From Octopus vulgaris (Eukaryota), in assembly GCA_951406725.2 (NCBI GenBank), contig OX597822.1:94984001-95048000 (forward strand): DNA of 64,000 bases, written 5' to 3'. Below are positions 12,551 through 26,286 of this stretch, in pieces. Under the pieces are notes generated by a model that saw only the letters and a list, made by a program, of their open reading frames with translations, had not been told where the DNA came from and did not search any database. A program made the translations under genes and the position numbers. Numbering within the stretch: position 1 is the first letter of the stretch; the number at the start of each line of letters is the position of its first letter.

Positions 12551-13103
12551 TAAATTTTAGGGTAGCAAAAAATTCTAGAAAAATTTCTGCTACCAGTGGT
12601 CAAGTGAGAAAGAAAAAAATAGACTATATAATATACATTCAAATATATAAGGGATGGAGCACAGACAGATAAATAGATGAAAAGATAGATTAGACAGACA
12701 AATATATATATATTTGAATATATGTGGCTGTGTGGTAAGTAGCTTGCTAACCAACCACATGGTTCCGGGTTCAGTCCCACTGCGTGGCATCTTGGGGAAG
12801 TGTCTTCTGCTATAGACCCGGGCCGACCAAAGCCTTGTGAGTGGATTTGGTAGACGGAAACTGAAAGAAGCCTGTTGTATATATATATGTGTGTGTATAT
12901 GTTTGCGTGTCTGTGTTTGTCCCCCTAGCATTGCTTGACAACCGATGGTGGTGTGTTTACGTCCCCGTCACTTAGCTGTTCGGAAAAAGAGACTGATAGA
13001 ATAAGTACTGGGCTTACAAAGAATAAGACTCGGGGTCAATTTGCTCGACTAAAGGCGGTGCTCCAGCATGGCCACAGTCAAATGACTGAAACAAGTAAAA
13101 GAG
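11970..13103. mobile_element. Two inverted SINE-B copies (11970-12302 minus, 12724-13103 plus)
   Basis: Consensus matches on either side of the Merlin fragment. Confidence 0.9.
12340..12480 (+). mobile_element. Merlin (IS1595/ISXO2-like) transposase fragment
   Basis: VFVNDRSSETLLPLIRKCIKPGATINSNCW matches the Merlin motif V.DR...TL.P.I...I.PG..I.SD.W; the catalytic D is changed to N. Confidence 0.75.
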
Positions 13104-13655
13104 GAGAGAGGAGATGCCATCAATAATTCTATATTTGCATATATACAATTTATCATGTGAAAATTTTTCAAAACTCCATCCAATATTCTGGAGTCTTAGT
13201 ACTGTTCAGCTCAACTGATTTCTCCAGTCTAAAACTTTTTCTGATCATACTGAGTCAAAATTTTACCGTTATGATGTTCCCAACTTTTTACAAGAATCCA
13301 CAGGTTTTTGTTATCCTGGCCATTGTTTTTTTTTTTTTTTCATACAATATGTTGTTTCTCCCCACTTATGAACATTTTTTTTTGCCACCCTCCTATCTTA
13401 ATATTGATATAACTTTTTTTATTGTTGTTCAATGAAAATGGAAATTTTTTAAATTCTAATTTGACTTAAAAAGAAAAAGTTTGAAAGAAAAATTTAGTTG
13501 GCTCATGATATAAAAGCTTTTTCTTCTTGAATTGGCCAAAAACAGAAAACTATCACTTCTTCTTTCATAGCTTTCTTCAATGGGGAAAGGATTTGATCAA
13601 TAACAATCTTACACTAATTCCAAAATTGTTAATTTTAAAAATAATAATAATAATA

Positions 13656-14058
13656 GGCGCAGGAGGGGCTGTGTGGTAAGTAGCTTGCTTACCAACCTCA
13701 TGGTTCAGGGTTCAGTCCCACTGCGTGACACCTTGGGCAAGTGTCTTCTACTATAGCCTCGGGCTGACCAAAGCCTTGTGAGTGGATTTGGTAGACGGAA
13801 ACTGAAAGAAGCCCGTCGTATATATGTGTATATATATATATATATATATGCGTGCGTGTATGTTTGTGTGTCTATGTTTATCCCCCTAGCATTACTTGAA
13901 AACCAATGCTGGTGTGTTTATGTCCCCGTCACTTAGCAACTTAGCAGTTCGGCAAAAGAGACCGATAGAATAAGTCCCGGGGTCGAGTTGCTTGATTAAA
14001 TGTGGTGCTCCAGCATGGCCGCAGTCAAATGAGTGAAACAAGTAAAAGAGTAAAGAGT
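13656..14058 (+). mobile_element. SINE-B
   Basis: Starts GGCGCAGGAG; full length. Confidence 0.9.
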
Positions 14059-14065
14059 ATAATAA

Positions 14066-14480
14066 TGATAATGAAATTATTGTATACAGTGCTCAGGTGC
14101 ACCACAACTTGTCAGAAAGTGCGTATAAAGCATATGCAGTAATGTACAAATGCCTGGAAAGTGAACAGTGTATTAGTCAGATACAAGCTTGTGTGTGTAT
14201 AGAGGGGAGAAAATCAGGTGTAGTGTAGGCGAATCTCAGGAAGCATGGAAGTTTTGAAGGATGCAGTGCTCTGATAACTAACAACTGATGCCGGCAGTTT
14301 GTTCCATGCTTCAGCAACTCTTAGCGTGAAAAAATGTTTCCTAAAGTCATGGGAGCTGTGCTGTTTTCTGACTTTGTAAATATGTCCACGGGTGTTAGAC
14401 GGGTGGAGTTTGAAAAGGTGCTCAGAGTTATTGTTTGTAAGATGGTTGATAATTTTATGGGTGTCTGCCAAGTCAGCTGC
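14066..14480 (-). mobile_element. CR1-type LINE 3' fragment
   Basis: NTRGHIYKVRKQHSSHDFRKHFFTLRVAEAWNKLPASVV..FK, followed by a 3' UTR and an (ATT)n tail. Confidence 0.85.
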
Positions 14481-15030
14481 CAGACTCTCTGCTTGTTGTC
14501 ACATGTGTCATTCTCCAACCAATATCCAGCTTGTTTACTCTCTTAATTTCTTACTTCCATTGTTTATACTTAGTTTGCATTTTGCTTGGGGTGATTTGAA
14601 TTCGTGCCCCAGGTAGGTAGACTAAAGTAGCGTAGATACTCTTCTAGGGTTACTTCGATTCCAAATGTACTTTTTGTGATGGTAGACCCCTGCCTCCAAG
14701 GACTTGGTACACAAACCAAGAAGCCATGTGAATGCAGGAATTTGCATTTGTTAGTATTGATTCTGTATGTGCGTGCGTACACACACACACACACACACTA
14801 TTTCATTTTTAGATGATTCAGACAGTTACCTGTGGCTAACTAAAATAAACAATGTTTATCAGTTTTTAGTTTGTGCAATCAAACACACATAATTACAACT
14901 CATTCAAGGGTACCTAGAAGAATTAGTGGCTAGTATTCAGTCGATTTGTTTGACTAAAGGCAGTGCTCCAGCACAGTTGCACAAAAATGACAAAAAAATA
15001 TACGTATATATATATATATATATATATATA

Positions 15031-15300
15031 TCACCGTGACCGACCAGGCTATCAGATGTTGCTACACATTGCTGGTCACAATGCACTTCGCATTGTTTTA
15101 GCCTTCGAATGACGCCACCCCGCTGGTTAAGCGAGCAGGCCAACAGAAGAAAGAGTGGTGAAAGAGTACAGCAGGGATCACCACCCCCTGCTGGAGCCTT
15201 GTGGAGCTTTTAGGTGTTTTCGCTCAATAAATACTCACAACTCCCGATCTGGGAATTGAAACCGCGATCCTACGACCGCGAGTCCGCTCCCCTAACCACT
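15031..15300 (-). mobile_element. SINE-D
   Basis: Reverse-complement match to 40053-40347. Confidence 0.8.
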
Positions 15301-15324
15301 ATGTAAACGATTATGTAAACTCAT

Positions 15325-15831
15325 TGGACACTAAACTCTGTTTGCGAAGATCAGTTGAAGCAAGTGAAATCGAAGTTGAAATCAAATTCGGTGACTGGCA
15401 TCTGTTGCTAGTGGAGCGTTAAGAGTACCATATGAGTGAGATCGTTGCCAGAGCAACAAGCTGGCCTTCGTGCCGATGGCACGTTAAGCACACCATTCAA
15501 GTGTGATCGTTACCGTGTCGCCTTACTAGCACTTGTGCTGGTGGCATGTGAAATATTCAAGCGAGGTCGTCGCCAGTGCCGCTGGACTGGCTCCTGTGCA
15601 GGTGGCACGTAAAAAGCACCATTTGGGCGTGGCTGTTGCCAGTACCACCAAACTGGTCCTCGTGCCGGTGGCACGCAAAAGCACCCACTACACTCTTGGA
15701 GTGGTTGGCGTTAGGAAGGGCATCCAGCTGTAGAAACTCTGCCAGATCAGATAGGAGTCTGGTTCGCCAGCCCTCAGTCAAATCGTCCAACCCATGCTAG
15801 CATGGAAAGCAGATGTTAAATGATGATGATG
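15325..15831 (+). mobile_element. SINE-C / non-autonomous RTE-related element
   Basis: Internal repeats of GTGCCGGTGGCACGTAAAAAGCACC, RTE-type motif GGTTGGCGTTAGGAAGGGCATCCAG, and tail CCAACCCATGCTAGCATGG..(GAT)n. Confidence 0.8.
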
Positions 15832-16060
15832 AAGTAGGTTAGAAAAGATACATGTTTGTCAACAAAGTTTCTTTGATGACGTGATAAGGGTTGCTACTGT
15901 GTTAGTAAGTAATTGAAAGGAACACAGAGCATCTCAAAATAAATGCAGTAACGAAAAGGTTAATCATTTCATATGAAGTGTATGAATAGTAAAAAAAAAA
16001 AAAAAAAAAGCAGAATAACTCTCAAAACTACCATTTTCCTGTTCTATGAGGTATGGAACT

Positions 16061-16279
16061 TTAACCCTTTTGTGTTATTAACCCGGCCAATACTGGCTCT
16101 GTGGTAAAATGTTTCATAAGTTTTGAATTAAAATATTCCACCAAGCCTTTGTCACAATTTACGTTCCTAACATTAGCTTTCTGATAACTAAGTTATTTTA
16201 CTAAATTCTTTGTTATATTTAAAATAGCTGAAAGAAACACAGAGCATCTCAAAAAGAAATACAGTAATGAAAGGGTTAA
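16061..16279. mobile_element. piggyBac-type MITE type B
   Basis: TTAACCCTTTTG ... GAAAGGGTTAA. Confidence 0.85.
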
Positions 16280-17257
16280 GTGACAGCTATTCTGTGGAGA
16301 TGTTTGTATTTTAGTACAAACATCTCTGCAGATATCCATCTGTATAATGCAAATTTTCGGGGAACTTCATAACTTCACTACCAGAACAGTCAGGTGCAGC
16401 AAAATTTCATAATTTTGCAGAAATGCTGTTGTGTTTCTCATGCGTTTTCTATTATTAGTTTTCTCTTCTGTTGAGTCATTTCACTTGAAGATTAAATTGT
16501 TCACATTAATTAAGAATGTAATCAAAATATTCAAAGAATTCAACTTCAGTGATAACAGTGGTATGTTGGATGGTTTTAGTATTAAGGTGGCACTACATTG
16601 TCGACTATTTTACTTTCCTCCATTAATAGTTTTTTTTTATATTGAGAAACCACCTCATCAAGGTGAAAGAAAAAAGTACATTAGTTGTTATTTCTTTAGT
16701 GGCCAAATGGTGATTATCAAGTAGTGTCTATAAACTCATTGCAAATTTGGTGTTACTTCATTTCCAGTACTCCATGAAAGTAAAAGTACTTAATTTGCTG
16801 AAAATGTATTTTCCAGGTGAAGAGGTAAGTATGTTTCTTTCCTTGTTGACCAGCTTTACAATAAAGTGCAACTGGGGCAAAATGTGTCCTCTTTCCCCCC
16901 AGTACCAATATCAAATCTCCCATATGCAGGTATCTTCACCAACAATATGGATCTTGGATCTTATGGGTGGTCAGCAACAATGAAATACTGTAATTGCTGT
17001 AGTTTCCTTGCAAGTGAAGGGGCAGAGGTATAGTATAAGCTGTAGAGCAGGTGCAATTCTCCAACTGCCTGTATAGTTATATCCACTGTTGCTGCTACCT
17101 TTTAAGAACTATAGCCAGTCATCAAAAGATCCACAGCTGGAGATGGTTATCATGGAATTTGGATGACCAATCATGCAATCCTGTAGAATAGTCACAAATT
17201 ATCTAGCTTATCAGAAACTAATTTCTTTGATTTGTATGTTTTAAACTTCGGAGATTA

Positions 17258-17516
17258 CATCATCATCATTTAGCGTCCGTTTTCTATGCTAGCATGGGTT
17301 GGACGGTTCAACTGGGGTCTGTGAAGTCGGAAGGCTGCATCAGGCCCAGTCAGATCTGGCAGTGTTTATACGGCTGGATGCCCTTCCTAACGCCAACCAC
17401 TCCGTGAGTGTAGTGGGTGCTTTTTACGTGCCAGCCACACAGGTGCCAGACGGAGCTGGCAAACAGCCACGCTCCGTCTGGCACCAATGCGGGTGGCACG
17501 TAAAAAGCACCCACTA
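17258..17516 (-). mobile_element. SINE-C
   Basis: Same motifs, with a short terminal inversion. Confidence 0.8.
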
Positions 17517-18207
17517 CAATTTTGCAAAAAAAATTCAAAACATTGAAATCAGAAATTATGGTGTTCAGTGAACTTAATAATTTCCGACGCTATAAGATAA
17601 ACATCTAAAGCTGTCTCTGTTATTATATAAAGATAATTTATCACACCTATCACATAATAGTAAATGCTTCTTGTGGCTGATTGGGCTCATGCTACCTAAA
17701 CTTGGGTATTCTCAGCTTACTTGTTTCTCTGCCTTTCATAACCACTGTGCACAAATCACTACAGGCTTTGTGCTAAACATTACACCAAGTTCTTTCCCAG
17801 AATGTCAGCTCTCAAGAATTTTCCTTCTGTTCATGACTTTACCACAGGTGTTAACTTAACCACAGGTGTTAACAAGGGTTTCAAGAGAATCATTAATGGT
17901 ACCAATCTCACTGATTATAGGAGTCATCATCATTATAATGTCCACTTTTCCATGCTCATCATATAGGCTGGACAGAAATTACTGAGGCAGATTTTCTGTG
18001 GCTGGATGCCCTTTTTTTTTGGCACCAGCCATCATTTGTTTCCAAATAAAGTATTTCGCCATGACCAGGCAGGTTTTCACTAAAGATTGGAAACAGGTAG
18101 CTTGCATGACAGTGGCACTCATTTACAATTTACATGAAATGTCAAAGCAAAGGGAGAAGGACACACACACAACACTTTGGATATATATTTAAAAAAAAAA
18201 TTTTTTT

Positions 18208-18514
18208 GTTTTAGTCATTTGACTGCGGCCATGTTGGAGTACTACCTTTAGTCGAACAAGCCTCGTACTTATTCTATCGGTCGCTTTTGCTGAACTGCTA
18301 AGTTATGGGGACATAAACACATCAACATCAGTTGTCGAGCAATGGTAGGAAGACAAACATGTTTACAACAGGCTTCTTTCAATTTTCGTCTACCAAATCC
18401 ACTCACAAGACTTTGGTTGGCCCGAGGCTATAGTAGAAGACAATTGTCCTAGGTGCCATGCAGTAGGACTGAACCCTGAACCATGTGGTTGGTAAGTAAA
18501 CTACTTACCACACA

Positions 18515-18518
<4 letters not shown>
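18208..18518 (-). mobile_element. SINE-B (older, CpG-decayed)
   Basis: Diverged consensus match. Confidence 0.8.
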
Positions 18519-18549
<31 letters not shown>

Positions 18550-18730
18550 GTTTCAGTTTCTATCAAAATCCCCTCACGAGGCTTTGGTTGTCTGGGGTCT
18601 ATAGTAAGTGACAGTTGCCCAAGATGTCATTCAGTGGGACCGAACTTGAAACTGTTTGTTTGGGAAGCAAACTTATCACACAGGTATACCTGTATCTGAA
18701 ATTTTGTCAACAGGTATATAAATACCAAAA

Positions 18731-18951
18731 GGCGGCGAGCTGGCAGAAACGTTAGCATGCCGGGCGAAATGCTTAGCGGTATTTCGCCTGCCGTTACGTT
18801 CTGAGTTCAAATTCCACCGAGGTCGACTTTGCCTTTCATCCTTTCGGGGTCGATAAATTAAGTACCAGTTACGCACTGGGGTCAATGTAATCGACTTAAT
18901 ACCTATGTCTGTCCCCTCTATGTTTAGCCCCTTGTGTGTAATAAAGAAATA
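18731..18951 (+). mobile_element. SINE-A
   Basis: Full consensus match. Confidence 0.9.
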
Positions 18952-19198
18952 GGTATACCTGTACCTAAAGGATTGTCTGTGAAAACTAGTTGCATTACTC
19001 CTTCCTCCACATTTGAGCAAGTGGGACTCCTAACTCCAAGCTATACTGCTCTCTTGTTATTCACTAACATAACATTATTGTGTAATTTCATAGGTGACTG
19101 CTTTCTGAGTTACTTCCTCTTACAACATAGCTTTTTTAGCTGTTTATTACAGTTTCAATTGTTCTCGGTTTTATTGTATAACCTTGGGTTAACTCTGA

Positions 19199-19422
19199 TT
19201 AACCCTTTAGCGATCATATTATTTTATCAAATGTAATTAAGTATTCACATTGTTTTGAATTAACCATGCGTTATCACATAGGTTCAAGATTTTGATGAAA
19301 TGATTGTTTATTTTTAGGATAACATTACAGGGTAGGTATGAGAGACTGGCTCTGTCTGGTTTGAATATAAAACAGGTAGAGTATTTGGGCCAGAATGGCT
19401 AGATTAGATGCTAAAGGGTTAA
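19199..19422. mobile_element. piggyBac-type MITE type A
   Basis: TTAA-CCCTTTAGC ... GCTAAAGGG-TTAA. Confidence 0.85.
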
Positions 19423-19708
19423 GCAGACGTATGACCAAAGACATTCTAACTACAACCACCCTGTATGTTAGACACTGTGTTCTCTTTTGAAACGAGTGGG
19501 GTGTGATTTTGAGAAATGGCTGCTATTTTTAGCAGACTGACCTCATTGGTTTCTAAGAGGTTTTAAAGAAACAGAAATATCTATTAACTCCTTTGGCATT
19601 GTATTACTGAATCAAAATACATTATTAAACCTTGTCAGTGTAAGAAGTAATTATTGCTGTGTGTGTATGAAAGGAATTAAAATTACCTATTTTTTTTATA
19701 ACCTTGTC

Positions 19709-19762
<54 letters not shown>

Positions 19763-19949
19763 CTCACACAGGTATTTTTAACTTCATACATTTGTCTCCT
19801 TGTTCATAAACTTCCTTGTTAAACTTGTTCTTTATCATTAACATACACACACCTACACTTAAATTACACAATTATTTACCTATATATATCTGTGTGTGTG
19901 TATCATCATTTAACATGTTTTCCATGCTGGCATGGGTTGGATGTGATAC

Positions 19950-19952
<3 letters not shown>

Positions 19953-20005
<53 letters not shown>

Positions 20006-20381
20006 ATATATATATGTATATATATATGTGATATATATATGTATATGTATATATATATGTGATATATATATGTATATATATGTGATATATATATGTATAT
20101 ATATATGTATATATATGTGATATATATATGTATATATATATGTGATATATATATGTATATATATATGTGATATATATATATGTATATATATGTGATATAT
20201 ATATGTATATATATGTGATATATATATGTATATATATGTGATATATATATGTATATATATGTGATATATATATGTATATATATGTGATATATATATGTGA
20301 TATATATATGTGATATATATATGTGATATATATATGTGGTATATATATGTATATATATGTGATATATATATGTGATATATG

Positions 20382-20420
<39 letters not shown>
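19953..20420. repeat. Long compound (TA)n/ATATATGTG array
   Basis: Seen directly; explains the I/Y/H-rich pseudo-ORFs. Confidence 0.95.
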
Positions 20421-20421
<1 letters not shown>

Positions 20422-20964
20422 AAAGGCATGAGGAATTTTCATCAGTGTCTCAGGGTCCTTGTCAAGTCTTGCCAAACTATTTGCCTTTTCATTTGTTTCA
20501 GTATACATACATACATACATAATACATATATACATACACCCATATGCATAGCTCACATCTGGAGTTCATTTAATACATAACTGTACGCACACACATGCAC
20601 AACAGCCAATGTTATACATACATGATACAGATATTCTCTGCTCCACATACACATACCTCTTTACATTCCTTATATAACTGCTAAACATGTATGGAATGTA
20701 GGCTTCAGTTATTCAAACTCATTCTCTTACTGTCTCTCATTAGCCTTATCCATGTTCTAGCTGTGAATGATATAAATATAATGGTTTTACAGAAGTTTTT
20801 TTTTTTCTAATGACAGGGTTATGAGTTCATCCTACATTTATATGTAGTATAATTTTTAGCTGTATTTTCCTTGTTCCAGCCATCATATTAATTTAAAAAA
20901 ACATTGCTTGGCCCGATTTTCTTTTTATAGAATGTAATGAAGGTGAAATTAAAACTGTGAAGGT

Positions 20965-20997
<33 letters not shown>

Positions 20998-21178
20998 TTT
21001 TGCTTTTATCTAACTAAATGCAAAATACTTGTTGTACATGTAGCGAAATTGCTTCTTCAACAAAGAATTTAATGAAAACGGGTAATGGAATTAGTTCTTG
21101 TAAATAGTTGTTATTCATTCTGTTTTGTGATTCATATGTGATCAACAGGATGAACATTTGATGTTTATTTATCGTTGC

Positions 21179-21405
21179 TTAACCCTTTAGTGTTCCGATT
21201 ATTCTATCAAACATAATGCTTATTGATTCCCATTGATTTGAATTAGTCATGCATTATCTCATATCTTCAAGATCTTGATGGTGTAATTACTTAATGTAGA
21301 ATAACATTGTAGGGTAGGTGTGAGAGCCTGGATCTGGTCAGTTTGAACATAAAACAGATTAACTATTTTGGCTGGATATGGCTGGTTTAAATACTAAAGG
21401 GTTAA
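21179..21405. mobile_element. piggyBac-type MITE type A
   Basis: TTAA-CCCTTTAG ... CTAAAGGG-TTAA. Confidence 0.85.
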
Positions 21406-21678
21406 CTTGTATAACATAATTAGGAAGATGGAGCATTGTGTGTGAGGATGCACATGCCAGGCAACTGAGTAAAGAAAACCTCCATCTGTCTTCTCGCCCA
21501 CTATTCCTGGGGGGAGGGTCATTGGGATAGAGTCCTCAGGCATCTCTAGGTTCCTATTAGAAATATCTATCGAAAGAAAAGCAAAATACTTTAGAACATG
21601 GTATACATGTTCACTAGGAGCATCAAAGTAATGGACCATTCAACAAAAGCTATCTTCAGCCTCAATAATGGTTCTGAT

Positions 21679-22496
21679 GTGGTGAAAATGACTGCATGCC
21701 AATATCTATTTCTTTACTACCCACAAGGGGCTAAACACAGAGAGGACAAACAAGGACAGACAAATGGATTAAGTCGATTATATTGACCCCAGTGCGTAAC
21801 TGGTACTTAATTTATTGACCCTGAAAGGATGAAAGGCAAAGTTGACCTTGGCGAAATTTGAACTCAGAACGTAGCGGCAGACGAAATGCTGCTAAGCATT
21901 TCGCCCGGCGTGCTAACGTTTCTGCCAGCTCGCCGCCCAATATCAAGTAGCCTCTGCTCATGCTCATGATGGCAAACCTCAAGGAGTTTTTGACAACATG
22001 GGACCATCTGCTGGTCCCCCAACCCCATTACATCCCTAGACATAGTAGCACAGAATTTGTATTAGGAGTGCTAGGAAGCTACAGGATGTTGGGAGTCGTG
22101 GTGAAAATGACTGCATGCCAATATCTATTTCTTTACTACCCACAAGGGGCTAAACACAGAGAGGACAAACAAGGATAGACAAATGGATTAAGTCGATTAT
22201 ATCGACCCCAGTGCGTAACTGGTACTTAATTTATTGACCCCGAAAGGATGAAAGGCAAAGTTGACCTCGGCGGAATTTGAACTCGGAACGTAGCGGCAGA
22301 TGAAATACTGCTAACATTTCTGCCAGCTCACCGCCCAATATCAAGTAGCCTCTGCTCATGCTCATGATGGCAAACCTCAAGGAGCTTTTGACAACATGGG
22401 GCCATCTGCTGGTCCCCCAACCCCATTACATCCCTAGACATAGTAGCACAGAATTTGTATTAGGAGAGCTAGGAAGCTACATGATGTTGGGAGTCC
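21679..22496. repeat. ~419-bp tandem duplication including a SINE-A
   Basis: GTGGTGAAAATGACTGCATGCC at 21679 and 22098. Confidence 0.95.
21707..21936 (-). mobile_element. SINE-A (duplicated at ~22126-22334)
   Basis: TSD CCAATATC. Confidence 0.9.
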
Positions 22497-22980
22497 TGTG
22501 GTTTATGGTCCTCTTGGATTTTGTTGGACATGATCTTTGCTCTCTCTGTCCTGTAGGACTTTATCTGTTGTCCTCCTGCTTCACATTGGTCTATTCCGCA
22601 ATGGCCCTTGTCAACCCTTTGGGGTTGTCATTGATACCTTGAATCAGCTGAATGAACTAAGTTGTCCCCGATGAAGTCTGACTGCTTAGAATATTTCTTT
22701 GATGTAACCACAGGTGTCGCATCCTTACCAGAAGCTTTCAACTTATTCTGACCTTGAAGATAAAAAAGGACTTGGGCCATATTCAAGAAACTGTCAGTCT
22801 TGGATTTGCTGTGATTGGCAGCTAGTGCTATGAGCAAGGCATATCTTGTTTCCTTTGCTAAACTGGTATCTGCTATGTTGTTATATCTAGAAGAGAAATG
22901 AGGAAGTTAAAATTGTCTTCCATTTGTGTGCTAAAGTTAGGTTCCTGAACATCTGGTGTATTTTGTGTGTGCACATGCAT

Positions 22981-23032
<52 letters not shown>

Positions 23033-23186
23033 ATATATATTTATATACATGTTATACACATAGCTAAAAGTATTTTGTTTATATATATATATTAAGTTAG
23101 ACATGGCCTGGGCCAATACTGGCCAAAACCTTTCTAAGTTATTCTAAGTTATATATATATATATATATACACACTGTTTGTCCACA

Positions 23187-23200
23187 CACTTTCTGTTTGT

Positions 23201-23250
<50 letters not shown>

Positions 23251-23270
23251 CTCCATATATATATCTATAT

Positions 23271-23305
<35 letters not shown>

Positions 23306-23588
23306 AGATAAGAAAATGGAGAAATACATCTAAATCAAATATCAATTACCAGATAATACTCAATCACATACTTTATTAAACCACCACATAAGAGACTGTA
23401 GGGTTACTGACCGGGCTATCAGATCTTGCTACGCATCGCTGGTCACAATGCGCTTCGCATTGTTTTAGCCTTCAAATGACGCCACCCCACTGGCTAAGCG
23501 AGCAGGCCAATATATATATATATATATCCATATATCATCATCATTATCGTTTAGCGTCTGCTTTCCATGCTGGCATATTGGACTGCTA

Positions 23589-23645
<57 letters not shown>

Positions 23646-24031
23646 ATATATAAATGCCAGCAGTCCAACCCATGCCAGCATGGAAAGCAGACGCTAAACG
23701 ATAATGATGATGATATATGGATATATATATATATATATATATTGGCCTGCTCGCTTAGCCAGTGGGGTGGCGTCATTTGAAGGCTAAAACAATGCGAAGC
23801 GCATTGTGACCAGCGATGCGTAGCAAGATCTGATAGCCCGGTCAGTAACCCTACAGTCTCTTATGTGGTGGTTTAATAAAGTATGTGATTGAGTATTATC
23901 TGGTAATTGATATTTGATTTAGATGTATTTCTCCATTTTCTTATCTTGTATATATATATATATATATATGGATATAGATATATATATGGAGATATATATA
24001 TGTGTGTGTGTGTGTGGACAAACAGAAAGTG
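23187..24031. repeat. ~845-bp near-perfect palindrome centred on (TA)n
   Basis: The arms are reverse complements except for microsatellite lengths and a few bases beside the centre. Confidence 0.95.
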
Positions 24032-24350
24032 ACACTCAACACATATGGTAGTAGTTATATTATTTAAACAACATGTAACTTAATGATTCGTGGGCTTTTA
24101 AAACAAACCTAGCTCTTAAGGCTTTGGTAACCCAAGTCTGAAGAGCTAGGTTCATTTTACAAGTCCACAAAACTTTAAGCTGCATGGAGATGAATCAGAC
24201 TGTTATTAAATAATATTTAGTGGACTTTTAAATAATACACAAGCCTATGTTCCATGGAGCCGAATCAGGCTGTTAGGAAGAGTCCACTATGTATCATATA
24301 ATGACAGATGAGAGTTCAGCAATTATTTGCTGAACAACCTGCACAGAAGA

Positions 24351-24753
24351 ACTCTTTACTCTTTTACTTTTTTACTTGTTTCAGTCATTTGACTGCGGCC
24401 ATGCTGGAGCACCGCCTTTAGTCGAGCAAATTGACCCCAGGACTTATTCTTTGTAAGCCCAGTACTTATTCTATCGGTCACTTTTGCCGAACTGTTAAGT
24501 GACGGGGACGTAAACACACCAGCATCGGTTGTCAAGCAATGCTAGGGGGACAAACACAGACACACACATACACATATATATACATATATACAACAGGCTT
24601 CTTTCAGTTTCCGTCTACCAAATCCACTCACAAGGTTTTGGTCGGCCCAAGGCTATAGCAGAACACACTTGCCCAAGATGCCACGCAGTGGGACTGAACC
24701 CGGAACCATGTGGTTGGTAAGCAAGCTACTTACTACACAGCCACTCCTGCGCC
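24351..24753 (-). mobile_element. SINE-B
   Basis: Full length. Confidence 0.9.
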
Positions 24754-25082
24754 TATATTGATTAAATGTTTAGTGCTGTACATTATCTTAGTCTCCCCAT
24801 CAATTCAGCATTGCTTGTACAGGTGCAGATCAGATGTTGTGCTGATTGCAGGGCAACATGAAATGAAGTGTTTTGCTTGCCGACACTATGCAACACCCAG
24901 CATGGGGGTTAAATCACAAGATCATAAGTGCAATACCCTAACCACTTGGCCATATGCTCTCACATGTGCACACGCACACATGCATACAAGTACGCACACA
25001 CATTCACACACACGCACACACAGGATGCATTTATGAATGTTTAGTTTTAAAATCTTGTCATGCTTGAGTTTTCTTATGGCCT

Positions 25083-25113
<31 letters not shown>

Positions 25114-25309
25114 CTAGCTGTTGTACCCAGTAATTCCTGGGGGTAAAAATGTTCAATTGAAACACCTTATTACTCTGATATAAGAAAGCAATTTCATTAT
25201 AACTGCCTCAAAAGGTGTATTTTCCATAACGAAAAAGTACAAAAAACTGTCAGCTGAAGGAGGGAGAGATTTTGTGTATATAAATATATTTCTTTTTCTT
25301 TTTTAATTT

Positions 25310-25696
25310 TCTTTCACTTGTTTCAGTCATTTGACTGCGGCCATGCTGGAGCACCGCCTTTAGTCGAGCAAATCGACCCCGGGACTTATTCTTTGTAAGC
25401 CCAGTACTTATTCTATCTGTCTATTTTGCCGAACCGCTAAGTGACGGGGACGTAAACACACCAGCATTGGTTTTCAAGCAATGCTAGGGGGACAAACACA
25501 GACACACACACATATATATATATACATATATACGGCAGGCTTCTTTCAGTTTCCGTCTACCAAATCCACTTACAAGGCATTGGTCGGCCCGGGGCTATAG
25601 CAGAAGACACTTGCCCAAGATGCCATGCAGTGGGACTGAACCCGGAACCATGTGGTTGGTAAGGAAGCTACTTACCACACAGCCACTCCTGCGCCT
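25310..25696 (-). mobile_element. SINE-B
   Basis: Full length. Confidence 0.9.
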
Positions 25697-26286
25697 ATAA
25701 ATGAAGTGTTTGAAGAACATGCAATAATAACGTTCACACTCACTGATGGTTGCTCTCAGTAACTTCCTTTACCTTATAGAGTTCTTGTTTTTATAACTAT
25801 GGAAAAACAGCCAGAAGTATAGACATATTGTTGAGAACAAATGATTTTATTGGAGGTCTGTTCTCTCCATTCCAGACCCTGGTGGCCTACATGAGGTTAG
25901 AAGGGTCAAGTGGCAAAGACATTCTGCTTAGCGAAGGCATCTGGGAAATGTATAACTGCTGTCATTCTCGCAGAAAAACTGTTGTTTTACTGTGAGAGAA
26001 GCGCTGTTGAAATGTGAAGTGAAATTTGGTATAAAGAGGGGTGTGTAAAAGAAAAGTGGTGGCGTGGTAATGGTGTGGCCAAAAGAGGGCGATGAATGTA
26101 AAAACAACTGAATAATGGGTTAGGTTAGGTTTTATTTGTGAAATAGAGTTGCTTTGAATTTGCTGCAGAATGTGGTCCTATGTCTGGTGGTGGTGAGTGG
26201 GATGGGGAGGGTGTGCGCTGAAATGTGGCCTGGCTGCCAAGGGGGCAGCAGCCCGAAAACCTTTGAGAACCACTGTGCTAGATACT

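Larger units (their letters stand above)
21420..22870 (-). mobile_element. Highly decayed retroelement, possibly DIRS-like (gag to RT N-terminus)
   Basis: Minus-strand peptides FIGDNL, W..V......MSRGYLI and LEMPEDSIPMTLPPG....TD....Y..WHVHPHTQ occur in the order expected for DIRS gag/RT. Weak similarity only. Confidence 0.3.

Noticed and set aside
16865-16935. Zinc-knuckle-like GERGHI on the minus strand (LTR gag remnant)
   Set aside because: The cysteines are missing, there is an in-frame stop, and no supporting pol or LTR sequence is nearby.
19872-20580. Long I/Y/H-rich ORFs (185-216 aa)
   Set aside because: Translations of a TA-rich microsatellite.
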